From positions 37,386,001 through 37,450,000 of the forward strand of contig OZ320314.1 of the NCBI GenBank assembly GCA_976226885.1: a stretch of 64,000 nucleotides of DNA, written 5' to 3'. Of this stretch, positions 37,701 to 50,419 are shown piece after piece. The stretch comes from Iphione sp. A-MEVVRFRX5. Its lineage: Eukaryota. A program made the translations under genes and the position numbers. The notes below the pieces were generated by a model. That model ran no database searches, was not told the origin of the DNA, and worked only from the letters and a program-made list of their open reading frames with translations. The stretch's first letter is position 1, and every line of letters starts with the position of its first letter.

Positions 37701-39589
37701 GACATCTTCGCTAGGCCCTTACACTATGCATGGCCAGTCAAGGGAGAGGATAGCATAGCTTACAACACAAGAGTGGGGGATATTTCTTTGTGATTCCTCC
37801 CAGCCATTTGCCGGGATACGTACGGCTCGGCCAGCGTAAGGAGGCCTACATGGGCATTAATGCAAGGATGGAACTACACTGCGTGGGGAAACACGGTAGA
37901 ATAGGAGGTGTCAAGACGAAAATCGGCAAAAAGGTACAGCTCAGAGGCGTATATTCATAATTACTGCTATCTACAGATCGACAAAGGACGTGGACGTACA
38001 CTGGAAGTATGAACCGATAAAGAAAGTGATAAAACAACACGACGGAGCAGTTACAGTTATGGGCTAAGTATTGGGCAGATAAACATTGATGTTTACCGAT
38101 GGTAATATTCAAATTTCGGCACAAATACAATCAATACCAAAAAAACGAAGATACAGTTATTCACCTGGTAACCTATTCCCGTTGAGATCTTCACAAGCCA
38201 GGACGTGTTCAACTACGTGTATACAGTGAAATGTTGACCCACCTTGCAGCAGACTGCACTATAAAGGCGCCTCATCTCAGTCATACACATACTGTCATCT
38301 GCTGAAATGCAATACCCGGTTTCCAGTGGATGCATTATCATGTCAGTGTGATGCTGATAGGTAGAATGCTGAGAAGTAGGTTATATTTGTATCACCAAAA
38401 GCCGGTGCGTTTCTATACTCGTATATTTTCCTAGCGTCGTACGGACACTACGCCTAGTGACAAGCAGCGAGGTACAGACATTGACGAGCAAGCAATTACA
38501 ACCTAGTTGCATACACACGGCAATGCGAGCAATAACACAGAGATACAGACATTAACAGACAGACGGCGGGTAAGGAGTGGCATACAGGCAAACACACACA
38601 CAAACACACACACTGACATACAGATTCACACACGCGGTGACATACTTCCCGGCAATGCGCCCGGCATGAGGCACCGTTATCCACACGCTTACAGCGACCT
38701 CTGCCGCAGTAAAGCAGCATTAACAGCAGGCAGCGTCAGGTGATCCCACACGTGGGAGCAGCTGAGTCGACAACACTGAGGATGGGCTTAATCCAAGGGG
38801 ATTACCTAAGCTCTGCGGCTTGCAACAGCGCCAACGACACCATGAGTTCAGCCATCAAAGGAATGCGCTCAGGCGGTGGCAGATCTGAGGGGTGGACCGT
38901 TACCCTGTGTTGGTTGTGTGAGATGTGACGATAACTTGAGTAGGCCCACTGCGGTCCAGCAGCGTTCACGACTGAGGAAGAGGAAAGCGCCTTGGCCGAA
39001 TTGGAAAAGGCCTTTGCGGCCCAGCACACGGAAGTATTCACGTTATATGAAGCCTTGGCACAGACCCAGCGGTATTTCCATCTAGAATATACCGATATGG
39101 CGAGTTTAGGCAACAGTCATTTACTCAGACAGGATATGATACACCCAATCAGGACATAAACATTTAGATCAGCTACTCTAGTTGCATGCGACGTCTTTTG
39201 TTTGCAATATAGCACCTTATGGAGATTTCCTGGTGGAGTATCTCTCTGCGTGACCGGACGGTCAGGAGTTCAAAGTACATGGCTTTGAGTTGTAATTGGT
39301 TTGCGTGCCTCCTTGTACCAACATGCAATGTGTGCCGTCGAGCGAACATCCTTGGCCTTTGTCGTCGACTACAGACTTACAGAGCTAGTTAATCCGTGTT
39401 TCGGACGAGGGCAGCGGCTTTCTTGCAGCTTAAGTAATTCAACATCAAATAATACACGGACAAGGAGGAACGAGAAGGGAAAGAAGCAAGAAAGGAGATA
39501 AATGGGAGTAAGAGAGGGAAGACGACAGCGGAATAAGACGCAGCGAAGACAATGCGTCAACACTAGATAAAATTGAAAAGAGATTGACC

Positions 39590-39626
<37 letters not shown>

Positions 39627-39690
39627 AGAGAGAGAGACGGAGGAGAGAGAGAGCCGGAGGAGAGAGAGAGCCGGAGGAGAGAGAAAGGAA
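39590..39690. repeat. (GA)n microsatellite with a 17-bp GAGAGAGAGCCGGAGGA duplication
   Basis: Read directly from the sequence. Confidence 0.95.
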
Positions 39691-42332
39691 GAATATATGA
39701 TTCATGGTGGTTGAGATCGAGCTGGTGGCTAGATTCAGTAGTATTCAGACCTGTTATAACTGGTAATTACACTCAAGGACCACCACTCACTGAACACCGT
39801 TCCGGTGCTAGCCACACCCCTGCCTGTCGGCTTCCCCCCACTCGGGCGGGGGACGCGTCCTGCCCCCCCCCCCCCGGCTCCAACAACTGGCTCACAGCCT
39901 CCGCCAAATGCCCTTTAGCACACACTACTTACAACCACCAGCCGTGCTCCAACTGTACCAAATCCCCCGATATCTAACGGAGACTTACTACAATTAGATG
40001 TAAAGAACGTAATACTTTCAGAGAGGGGAAGTTTAACCGGAACCTAATTGAACAACTCTATTATTTCATCTCATGCAGTGACGTGATACACGAAGTATAG
40101 TGCAAAGTCGCCTGGTCGACTCTAAAGATACGGTATTCCTAACGTCATCTCTATGGAAACTAACACCATGTGACCTCATATGTGTGGATGGATGTCCCCT
40201 TCTCGTCGTCGAACTGGGAAAGCATTGAACTTTTGACGACAGACGATTTTGAACATTGACATATAGTTAATCCTCTTGCTCTTCATCTTGGTTTACTGAA
40301 GGGGTTCTTCAATTGACGGTTACCATGGGAGCCCTTTTGGCGACTAGTCACCATGGTTACCAGCACACAGGCGCAGGTAAGTAGCTCAACAGTTCTTACT
40401 GATAATTGAAATTGTTCTTTGGATTTTGATGCTTTGCTGGACTAGAAATACAAAAGCCGAACTATCTCCTTCTCTGAATATTCCTCTCATCTGCAAACAT
40501 TCACATTATTTTGAAACCTCATTCAGCAGGACACTCTTGGTTCGCGTTGGAAATGTCCCCATTTAGGGGATGTCTCTAGCTTTGAGATATGCATAGACTA
40601 TAGTAAAAGGCTTGATTCCAGCAAAAATATGCTCAACTTATAGAAGTGGCCCTTGTCCATGGGTGGCCCAATGTCGAAGTTTCATTGTACATGGACTTGG
40701 AATATATCAGGGGTAACCCAACGCTATACAACTGTTTTATAGTTGACCTTTGAAACAGATAAATAAATGGGATTAGGACTGGCCAAATGCAGCTTAAATT
40801 CCTTTCCCGTAAAGTTGCAGAGCTGTATGAATTGCATTATCAGCATTTGGGAGCATGAACGAACCTATGTTGAGATCAAAGAACCGTCATTTCAGAGGAG
40901 GACGAACGATAGATGCGAAGTTGGAAAAAAGTTTTTTTTTCTAACGCCTTCACAAAAGGTCTCCTGTTCAGCATGGGGATAGAAGCAGGTGAGATCTCCA
41001 TGAAGGAGCTCTGTTTAAGGACATGGCAATAGAAGATCGTAGTGGGAACGTGATACTGCGCGCCGAGGTTAAAGGTCCCATGTTCGATGGTCGGCTTTGC
41101 GTCCGCTCTCAGCCTTACAATGGCGCGTGACAAGACGACCGGGCGGGTAAGAGGGGAAAAATGACGGGAAGAGACCGCCACAGCCACACGTACAAATGAT
41201 TTGTCACGGCAGGAAGTTAGAGTGAATAAGCCTCATCTGGCCTATAATTAAAGTCTTTCCTTCCCGGGCACTGATGGCTTCTTATAGTCTCTTAGCGGCA
41301 TATTCGGGCTTGCGGGGAGGGAGGAGGTGTGCTTGTTACTACCTTCTTGTATGAGGAGAGGCGTCCTGGAGGATCATCCTCAAAGTACGCGTCATCGTCA
41401 TGATGGATATACCCCTGTGACAGGTAGTGAATTAAAAAATCTACTTCTTTTCAGTATTCACTCATTTATCATGATAACGTGTCATTCGGTCTTTTCTTGT
41501 GGTATCTGGCAAAATTGGGCTTAGGTTTCGTGAGGGAAAACATAACTGCAGTATGTACACGCAGCATTGACGGTATCAAATACATACTCTGGGACAGAAC
41601 GAGAGGATGATGTGAGTGGAGGGATGGGGGAGAATGAGATAATCTGAGAGAGCAAGATATCAATACATGTATATAAAGGTGAAAAGATAGATTTAGAAAC
41701 TTGGCTCGTAGGGATGGCGACGGCAGTAAAGATATATAGCCAATGACAGAGACAGGGGGGAAAGAGTAAGAGTGATCAAAGAGAGAAAGGGAGGTAAATG
41801 AAGGAGCTCAGATGTTTCTATAGCAGTTCAACAGGGACAGGAAATAAAAGAGGCAGATAAAGAGACAAAGCGTGGGAGAAGAAGACACATGAAGGTGAGG
41901 AGGTGTGTTATTGTATATAGAATGAGAGATAGAAGGAATAGGACACACAAAGAGAGAGGGGAATAGGTAGGAAAGACACGCAGGTATACAGGGGTGTGGG
42001 TAAGTATGGAGGCTGAGAGAAACAGACAGTCAGATCGGCAGAGGTAAGATGGGGTAAAGTAGGATGTAGAAAAAGGTGATTGGTTAATGTAACCTCGAAG
42101 GGCAACAAGGCAGGAATACATGGGAGTTACTTTTGGAACAAGTGAAACATTTTCTGATTGCACAGAAGTTAAACTCCTAATATCAATTTGTGGATGTACA
42201 AGAAATGTTTATTATTTATGTGAATTCATATATTATACACTGGAAATACAGCTCTTTTCCATGTGTTGAAGAGACAAGAATATATCAAAGATGCTTGAGA
42301 TATCTTTAATTAGTAGTGGGTACTGGAAAGAG

Positions 42333-42362
<30 letters not shown>
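42333..42362. repeat. (GATA)n microsatellite
   Basis: Read directly from the sequence. Confidence 0.95.
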
Positions 42363-42363
<1 letters not shown>

Positions 42364-42480
42364 GAGAATATGTGTGTGTAAAAAAGAGGATGCAAGTGCC
42401 TATCAAGGGGACTAAGACTATATTGCTAGAATTATAATTTTATAAAAGCGGGAATGGCAGAAGGAGAGAAATAGACAGTA

Positions 42481-42528
42481 AGAGTGAGAGTGAGAGAGAG
42501 AGAGAGAGAGAAAAAGAGAGAGAGAGAG
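42481..42528. repeat. (GA)n microsatellite
   Basis: Read directly from the sequence. Confidence 0.9.
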
Positions 42529-45512
42529 GTGACTGCAGTCAACTGCCATGGGTAAGGTCCAAGCCAACAATATGGACAGGTTGAGAGATGGAATAGCAGT
42601 TACTAGTCATCCCCTGTGGTCGCCTTATAGCTATTCATACTTCAGGACGAATCACCGTTAGATATTCATACTCCACGGCCACGTTTCCCAGACAACGTCG
42701 TTGTGGTGAAGCTCTAGCGTATTATGCAAATGGGTCCCCCACGAAAGAATCCAACGGGGAACAATCTGGAATATGTTGGTGCTATCTGTCGTTCCATCTA
42801 GGCAAAACCGGAAGCGCGATGTCGGATCCCGCTGCCGCTCACTGTCTACGTCAACAAGCGATTCAAAGATTAATGATGCGCACCAGTTGCGGCGAAGATC
42901 TCACGAAAATACTCTTTTGACACTACAACATCCAATAAAACAATTTTCAATAGTCTATAGACTGTAAGCAAACCACTATCAGGAACCCAATCTCTTGACA
43001 CTTTTGCCCTCCTCTTTCGTACACTTTGGATAAACATCTCCCCCAATTCTATCCATGTCCACAACCATTTCTTTGTATAAATCCAATAATAATGATACGA
43101 CTTGTATTACCAGAACTTGGGATAAGGTTTGTAATCAAGTTTCGTTTTTTTATGTTATTTTTAGATGCCTGCTGAGAATGATTATAAACGTGATGTTTGA
43201 GTTGGCAAGGGGCATAGTGTATAACTCAAAGTAGAAGGCATGTTCAATATTGTGAAAGCACCCTTTCCAAAGTAGTCTTTCCTGGAAAGGAGGTTAAACC
43301 ATACAATTTATATACCATCCTTTGCGAAAAAACTTGTGATTCACCTAGACACATATGGTAAAAATTAACATAGAACTATGTAAACCTATGTAAATTATGT
43401 AGTTAAATATTCTTCCAGAGAAATCTAAGTTTCAGTGAATCAAAGAGTTTACCTTTTTGTCTTGTAAAGATGCTTAGTTCATTTTCATTTTATTCAATCG
43501 CTGGTAATCATGATCCAATGGCCAAATGGAAGTCTGAACCCTAGATAGAGCGCACGTACTTCCATCACTGGTTTACAAAGAGGTATTGTCTACTTGCAGG
43601 CATGATCACCTAGGGTAGGATAATACTTCTTTGAACAAAAACAGTAAAAACCTTCCCATGCGGACCATTGCTGGGACTGCAGAAAAGTATGCTCCTAAGA
43701 CAGGTCTGCCCTCATATCTGGGATATTTCTGTGGTATATCATATGACCAGGTAAAATGTTCCCCTCTCCAGAGTTGCTCTTACTGTTCAGAACTAACAGT
43801 GGTGAGTGTCTACTGTATAGGCAATTCTTGTGTCCTCTTAGACAAGAAGGGGGGGGGGGGTAAATATGGGCTATGTCTGTTAGAAAAGACGTGAATCAAG
43901 GGTTGAAAGAAAAGGAGACGATTTCAAGAATATACTTAAAGCAGTTGTCCGTTTGCAAGCTTACAGTCTTTGTACACATACCATCACTTCGTGCTTTCAG
44001 AGGTTCCAGTAAACCTTTTTTTGCGTTTTTATTGATGAATGACTCGAGGGGCTTTTCACATTTTCTCAATCCTGTATAGATTGTTACTACAGTGCATGCT
44101 TTACCTCTGCCAGAGAATAAAACTATAATCCCGTATAAGGGTTTCCTTTTACATTTAAACTGATAAGGCGTGGTAAGCATTATCAACAACTGACTGGGGG
44201 AGATTCCCTTTGACTCAACATACGTGAGATATGTATAGAACACTTGCTTAATTCTGACTCTCATCTGCAGTCACCTTTGTGTTACTACAATTTTGGTATT
44301 TCCGACTAGTTAGGTTTCGTGAGAGTTTGTACACCTCTGTAGTTTATACGGCTCAAAGCAGACACTGATGTCTATGAAATATTTTATGTGCCATCATGGC
44401 AGTGCTTTACCTGTCAACAAGGCTACAAAGTCTACTATTGTTGTAAATCTTTGTTTTTGCGTTATTATCGTGTTTCATCTCTGTACATTGTGCGAAAGTG
44501 TTTTATCTTCCTTTTATCGAACAAAAGGAGGCATGAGGTTCAACTGATGGTAACCACCCTCACTTTACTAGTAGGAAACTCTAGGTTTCATAGACACCTA
44601 CGTAATTTCATGTCTATCCTTGAGGTCCTCTCTGAAAACATGCAAGTCCTTCGGTGTGAAGTACTTATTGATATGGATAAGTAGGTACATAATTTATTCT
44701 CGATAGGTACTACCCACCCCAGCAACGTCCAGCAAGGTTCAACGTGGCTGACTTGCCATTTAGAAGGGAGACATAATTGCCTGAGAAAGTACTATACCAG
44801 CAAGACAGTGTTTCACACCGCGCAGATACATATATATATATATATACGGAATTGTCAGTTTGTAACAGTGCATGTATTTGCTTTCACGTGTCGTGTACTC
44901 TTGCCTAATGCTTCTGATAAAAGTGTCTTGGTGTGTCATTTCCCCTGCAAACATTATTTAGCCTCGGAAACATCATAGAAACATTGTGCGATTATCTGCT
45001 ACTCTAACCTGGATGACAGACAGCCCTGAGGCACTCGGAGCTATTATTCCGGGCCTCCGGAGCCAATAGTACAGCAGGCGAAAGAGCAGCTCCACCACAA
45101 CAACTTCTATTAATTTCCAGCGGACGATACTTAGTTTTGGACTCCTTTTTACGCTAGCTTTCAGTCTGGCTCTGGAATAGTACACTAGTATTTACTGATG
45201 AAGGTGAAATAACAGAATACCTTGGGAAGTTGCTGATCCTTCTGTCTGGTGAGGTATCTGGAGGCTTTTCTTTTCACGCCTGCAAACACACAAACACACA
45301 CCGCACACCAGCGTTTTACCATGTGGCTAAACTCAAAGCTTATTAAAATTATCGCAATTAATAAACTTACAAAAGAAATCGATGTCAAGGCCAAGATATT
45401 CTTACTTATGATTATACTCCCTAGCATATTCTGCCTAATAATATCATACGTAAATTGTCTTTTGATTTTTTTCTTTTAAATTGTCTTTGAAACATAAAAT
45501 GTCTTCTGAATT

Positions 45513-45815
45513 ATGCGGGTTTCCTTTTTCAGAGAGTCTTACGAACAGCTCAAATTGTTAGACTATAGAGACAGCATTGATCAGGTGCCACAATCTGTTT
45601 CCATTTTCGATGGCTGGCTTATGCAAGAGGAAAATCCTTCTAACACAGTAAAGCAAAGAGACTGGCAGGGTAGGTTTAACTCAGCATCTTTATTCTTTAG
45701 GATAAGAGATCCAGCTTCTTTGGTAGACAGGTTTAGAGTAAACAAGTGGTTTCAAAGGCGTCTTTTAGTTTTATATCCAATACACCCTTTATCACTAAAC
45801 ATTGATGAAACTTGA
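45513..45815 (+). pseudogene. 100-codon protein-like ORF within a wider, frame-disrupted coding-like region (~45030-46670)
   Basis: ESYEQLKLLDYRDSIDQVPQSVSIFDGWLMQEENPSNTVKQRDWQGRFN.... The frame resumes after TGA (GMNSEMRLTFQSSFDRWFWK). Family unrecognised. Confidence 0.3.
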
Positions 45816-48200
45816 GGTATGAACTCTGAAATGCGGTTAACATTTCAGTCTTCGTTCGATCGTTGGTTTTGGAAGTCTTTTTGGCCGAAGATCATGGGCA
45901 ACTTGTGCTTTCCCTTCCTTTAATGACATCCTTTTACTCTTATAATTATTCCTCAGTACCAATTGTTACTGAAGACGGGTTAGTTGTGCTTTCCCTTCTT
46001 TTGATGACATCCTTTTATTTTAAGTCTATTATGGACATGACTCAGAAATAAGTAGATTAATATGTACATGTATATATATATGACTGCATAAACATCTTTC
46101 ATCTGTAACAATACAGGTATACGAATACAATTGTAAGTTGATGTAAGAAAATAGATGTTTTGAATGAAATGGAAAAGAGAATTTGTTGCTTAAATAGGTC
46201 AAAAGGTCTGCTAGCAATATTACAGTTTTTGATTTATGATAAAAAAAAATCCTATTCTCACGCACTACTCAAGTTTCTATTACGTGTAGCCAATGCCAAG
46301 AAAATCACAATGTTATGTGGATTACCCAGGATGCGCGATAGACTGTGTTTCCGTATTCATAGGTATACATCTGTCAACGAAGAAGATGTGTTCGGTGATA
46401 GCATTTCATGGTGGGAAAATTCATTATCAGAGGCGCTCTCTTTCAGCCAGGATTATTTATGGTGTTACTCGTAATATAGTAACTTTCTGTCAGGCCACAG
46501 AATCTGCCAATGTAAGAAACTTCGCTATTAATAAAAATGATGGCTTTGTTCCTAGAAGCTTTGTTCAAAGAGGTGTATACCTGTCCATATTTATGCCAAA
46601 TTATGTAACGTTCCATTCCACTATTCACTATACACCCATTAATTCTTTGTATACAATGGAAAGTCTGTGACCAGGACACGCCTATCTTTTTTCTCCAAAA
46701 CTTTCTCATTGAGAAATGTCCCTGTTAGAGAAAATGTTTTTAATATATAACAAACACAGTGTCTCTGTTACAGATAGGTCCCTATTGGAGACATGGCCCT
46801 CGGATGGCTTTCCACTGGACATAATTGTGCGAAGTTAGTAGTATCCCCCTTTTTTGGTTTTGAGATCGAGGGATGATCAGTTATGTACTCTGCATCTCTG
46901 CAAACTATCGACTCCCTTCCTGCCGTACATGGCAGGAGTGTACCCTCCTCGCCTCCCTCGAACAGATCCCTTCAATTTTCTTCCCGTCGCTCCCACATGG
47001 CAATCCCTGGATGCCTCGGCTTGAGAGGGCAGCGGGGAAGCAAGCGAATGGAGAGCCATTGCGCAAGGCAATGTTGGAAGCCGAGCCCACTCAGTAGGGC
47101 AGCGAGAGCGACTTCAAGAATGACAGCTAGATGGCGTCTCATCAGTTGTAGACACAGACACTGAGAGTGTCCGTGTCGCTCCCACTGATCATACGCATCA
47201 TTGAGGTATTATATGTCATTATGGCATCGGCTGCTGGACTAATGACCTGACCATCCCACGCACAAGATTTTAGGCTGTAGGTAGGTTTAACCGAGCCTGA
47301 AATGACCACTATCCTACGAACCACGGGTTTCAGTCAGTCCCCATTAGAGGAGGCCTATGGCGGATCTTACATGGATGATCCCGCTTGGTAGGATAGCCAT
47401 CAAGGTCTTAGCCCACCCCACCCCATCCCATCCCACCCCCAGTTGCCATCATGGTCTTAGGCCCCCGTTGTGTAAGCCTTACCTCGGCACGAAGATGTCC
47501 TGTTTGTCAAACAAGCATATTGTTCAGAAAGGTGCACCTCTCGGGAGTTAAGTATTGTGCTTGTTTATAAGAGAATAAGAGAGGTGGTTTTTGAGATTAT
47601 TCCTAAAGGTGACTGTTTTGAATTGGAAATTGGTTTTCTTATTATGATTTAAAATCTTGCGACAATTATGCATTTTAGCTGAATTATCTCCAGTCCTGGG
47701 ATGGGATCATTTACGTGTTTTGTCTTCTGCAGTTCGTATATGGCTTCAAGACATTCTACATAGGTAGACTGGCCTGTTTTGTATTTACTACCTGTTAGAA
47801 GCAGTTAGGCATTTTGCTTTGTATCAGGAAGTTTACTACGAAAATTGGTCAAAACCGTTTTGTGCAGCGTAAGGGCGAAATTCCATGGGTCATTATTATC
47901 CTTGCAGTATACAGATGCGGCAATCCCTAATGTATAAATGATTTACAAAATTGAAATGTCTACCCTATGTCAGAGCTCATGTATTGAGTTTCGTTTACAT
48001 CATGTGATGCAATGTGTATTTGGTTATAAAACCATTGAGCCCCTAAAAAGCATTGTTCTGCACTGAACCTGTGTACCGCAGAGCTTCGTTTCTGCATTCT
48101 TCAGAAGAATAAAATCCCGAATCTAATCTACGAGAACAGTCTCCTGGTTGTACTTCAAGGAATGCAATATTTCTATCTAAAACGCTAGTTCTTCCTGCAG

Positions 48201-48312
48201 GAAATCATTACACGTTATCATGTCTCCATGACCCCAAGCATTGGGCTCCAACGCTTTCTACCAACGGAATGTTGTGTTGAAAGCGATGTACCTTAACCGA
48301 GACGATTCTAAG
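48201..48312 (+). pseudogene. Exon-like block with one in-frame TGA (KSLHVIMSP*PQALGSNAFYQRNVVLKAMYLNRDDSK)
   Basis: Acceptor gttcttcctgcag| and donor AAG|gtacgt (48313). Confidence 0.3.
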
Positions 48313-49469
48313 GTACGTTTCTGCATGCTCTCCAAGCAAACAACACCCCCTTTCACAAGCACACGCACTTCACCACCACCCCTGCTACCCTATAACTTTC
48401 CATGGTTACGGAATCCCTCGGGTGCACCCGGTTATATTGTATCAGGGGCCAATTCGTCCTGCATCTAGTCGGTGGCGTGCACGAGGGACACAGAGGTTAA
48501 TTGAGTGTTCTAGCCTTGAATTTGTAACTTTTCAGCCATCCTCCGGCCGCCAGTGGCCAAACATATAACTTAGAGCTGCAAGAACGAAGTGAAAATACTT
48601 GTATATCAGCAGTTATTCAGTATTGGATAATAATCGGATGCTTAGCTTTCTACGTTCGCCCTAGCCACGAACGGCGAGGCAGAAGTTAACTAGACCGGGA
48701 AGTACCAGCACTTTTCTACTTTGCTCATGAACGACTGGCATACGACTGACCGTTCCATTAAGATGGCTTGATAAACATTATACATGCCGTTCTAAGTTAT
48801 TGTCTATCTCAGATGCCAGAAAGTGAACATTAGAAATTTACCCCTGCGGCCAGTTAGCGAAGAAAGTTTCCCACATTTGCAACGCATTTCTATAGTAGAT
48901 AAATGACGTTAAATTTGGTTTTCAATGACTTTGGAAATATGATCCGTTAAAACAGGCAGTCAGGTATTGAAATACGATCGTGTTGGACCAAATCGAGAAG
49001 AACAGAAATGTAGAAAAATTAATATGGCAGGCAGGCACTGAAATTGTTCAAAAAACTGCATTGGAGAGAAAATTGAGTCATTGGAGAAAGGGGTAGTAAT
49101 CTGTAACTATAGCTTGAAATGCCTGTTTAAACTTGATAATATCGAACACTAAAGCACATTAGTACCTGCCCGTTCACATGTACAATGAACACGAAGTTAT
49201 GCCTTGGTGTGATATTTAATTTTTTATGAAGTTCAAGAGGTCCGTTTTGACTGTTTCTCTCGTCGTAGAAGCGAAAGGGGAATATAATTCTTCGAGTGAC
49301 CTTCTTAGACACGAGCCATTTTAAAGAATACCAGCTTATGTCGTTTCAAATAAAGATTTTTAATTTGATACTTTTCGTCATTTTTTATCGTAAGGCATTC
49401 TAGTAAGGCATATCCTTATCACTGCCACGTACATCACGTAGTATGAAAATACGGTTGAGTGAAACACTG

Positions 49470-49625
49470 AAAAAATGAACTTGTCCTGGCATTGTCAGCG
49501 GCTTGTCTATATGACAATTCTTAGGGTTGTCAGTGAGGTTTTGACAATCTAAATGATACATGACAATAGTATAGTCAAACTGACAGTACTGTCTTGTCAT
49601 AAACATGTCACATACTTGTCAAATC
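49470..49625. repeat. TGACA/TGTCA-rich degenerate repeat array
   Basis: Dense TGACA, TGTCA and CTTGTC motifs. Shares CTTGTCATAAAC (49593) with the array at 52090-52385. Confidence 0.55.
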
Positions 49626-50019
49626 ATCCTTTAGGTCTCACTACAGCAGCTATTTTAAAGGCAAAGTGACAGAATCTAAACCCACATTATTTTAGGGAAA
49701 TAAATAAATATACAACCATGAAATATAGACTATTATTAGTACGAATACTAAACTCTCTATAGAGGTACTTCTGTGATCAGTAAAGGAAAGAAAAATATAT
49801 CATTCAAATTCAAATGTAACATACCCTAAATAACAGTTATGGAGCTAGGAGCCACTTGTCTGAGGTGAGTGAACATATTAACTCAATACATACCTTTAAA
49901 ATGGTCCTAGAAAGAAGTGCTTTATATCAAAATGAAGCTAAGAACCTCCCCTACATGGCTGTAGCATTGGATTTTATCCTACATAAAGATTTGGACCTTA
50001 GCTTTACGAAAACGTACAA

Positions 50020-50305
50020 TCGCGATACATCGCAACGATCTCTCCTGTGGGTATAAGCAGCTGTATGGTATGTTGTTTTTCATTTTCCATGGGTGTGACA
50101 ACTTGTCAAATAGTATTGTGTGTGTATCTGTGGATTTGGTGTATAGATCTGTCTCCACTTTTCCATTCTGGTTGGGTAGGATCATCGTCTACTTTATTTT
50201 TGGAATGTTAGCAGGAAAAAGGTGATGTTTGGATCTCTCATTTCTATGTGGTTTATGAACTTGTCGAACTCTTCCATTCTGTGTAGCCACACGATATCTA
50301 TCTTT
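50020..50305 (-). mobile_element. Penelope-like element reverse transcriptase fragment (post-YxDD and thumb region), frameshifted
   Basis: IDIVWLHRMEEFDKFINHIEMRDPNITF then NGKVETDLYTKSTDTHTILFDKLSHPWKMKNNIPYS matches the PLE consensus DDIF.IW...F...LN...P.IKFT...NG.L.T..Y.KPT.T..YL...S.HP...K..IPYS. Confidence 0.8.
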
Positions 50306-50419
50306 GTGTGTCATTTATTTTGTGGTAGTTCTCCTTTTCCTTATGATGGGAACTTCAGTTTTTGCACAGCAAGAAATATGCAAATCTATTTCTCTATCAG
50401 AGTTATCATATCATTTCCT

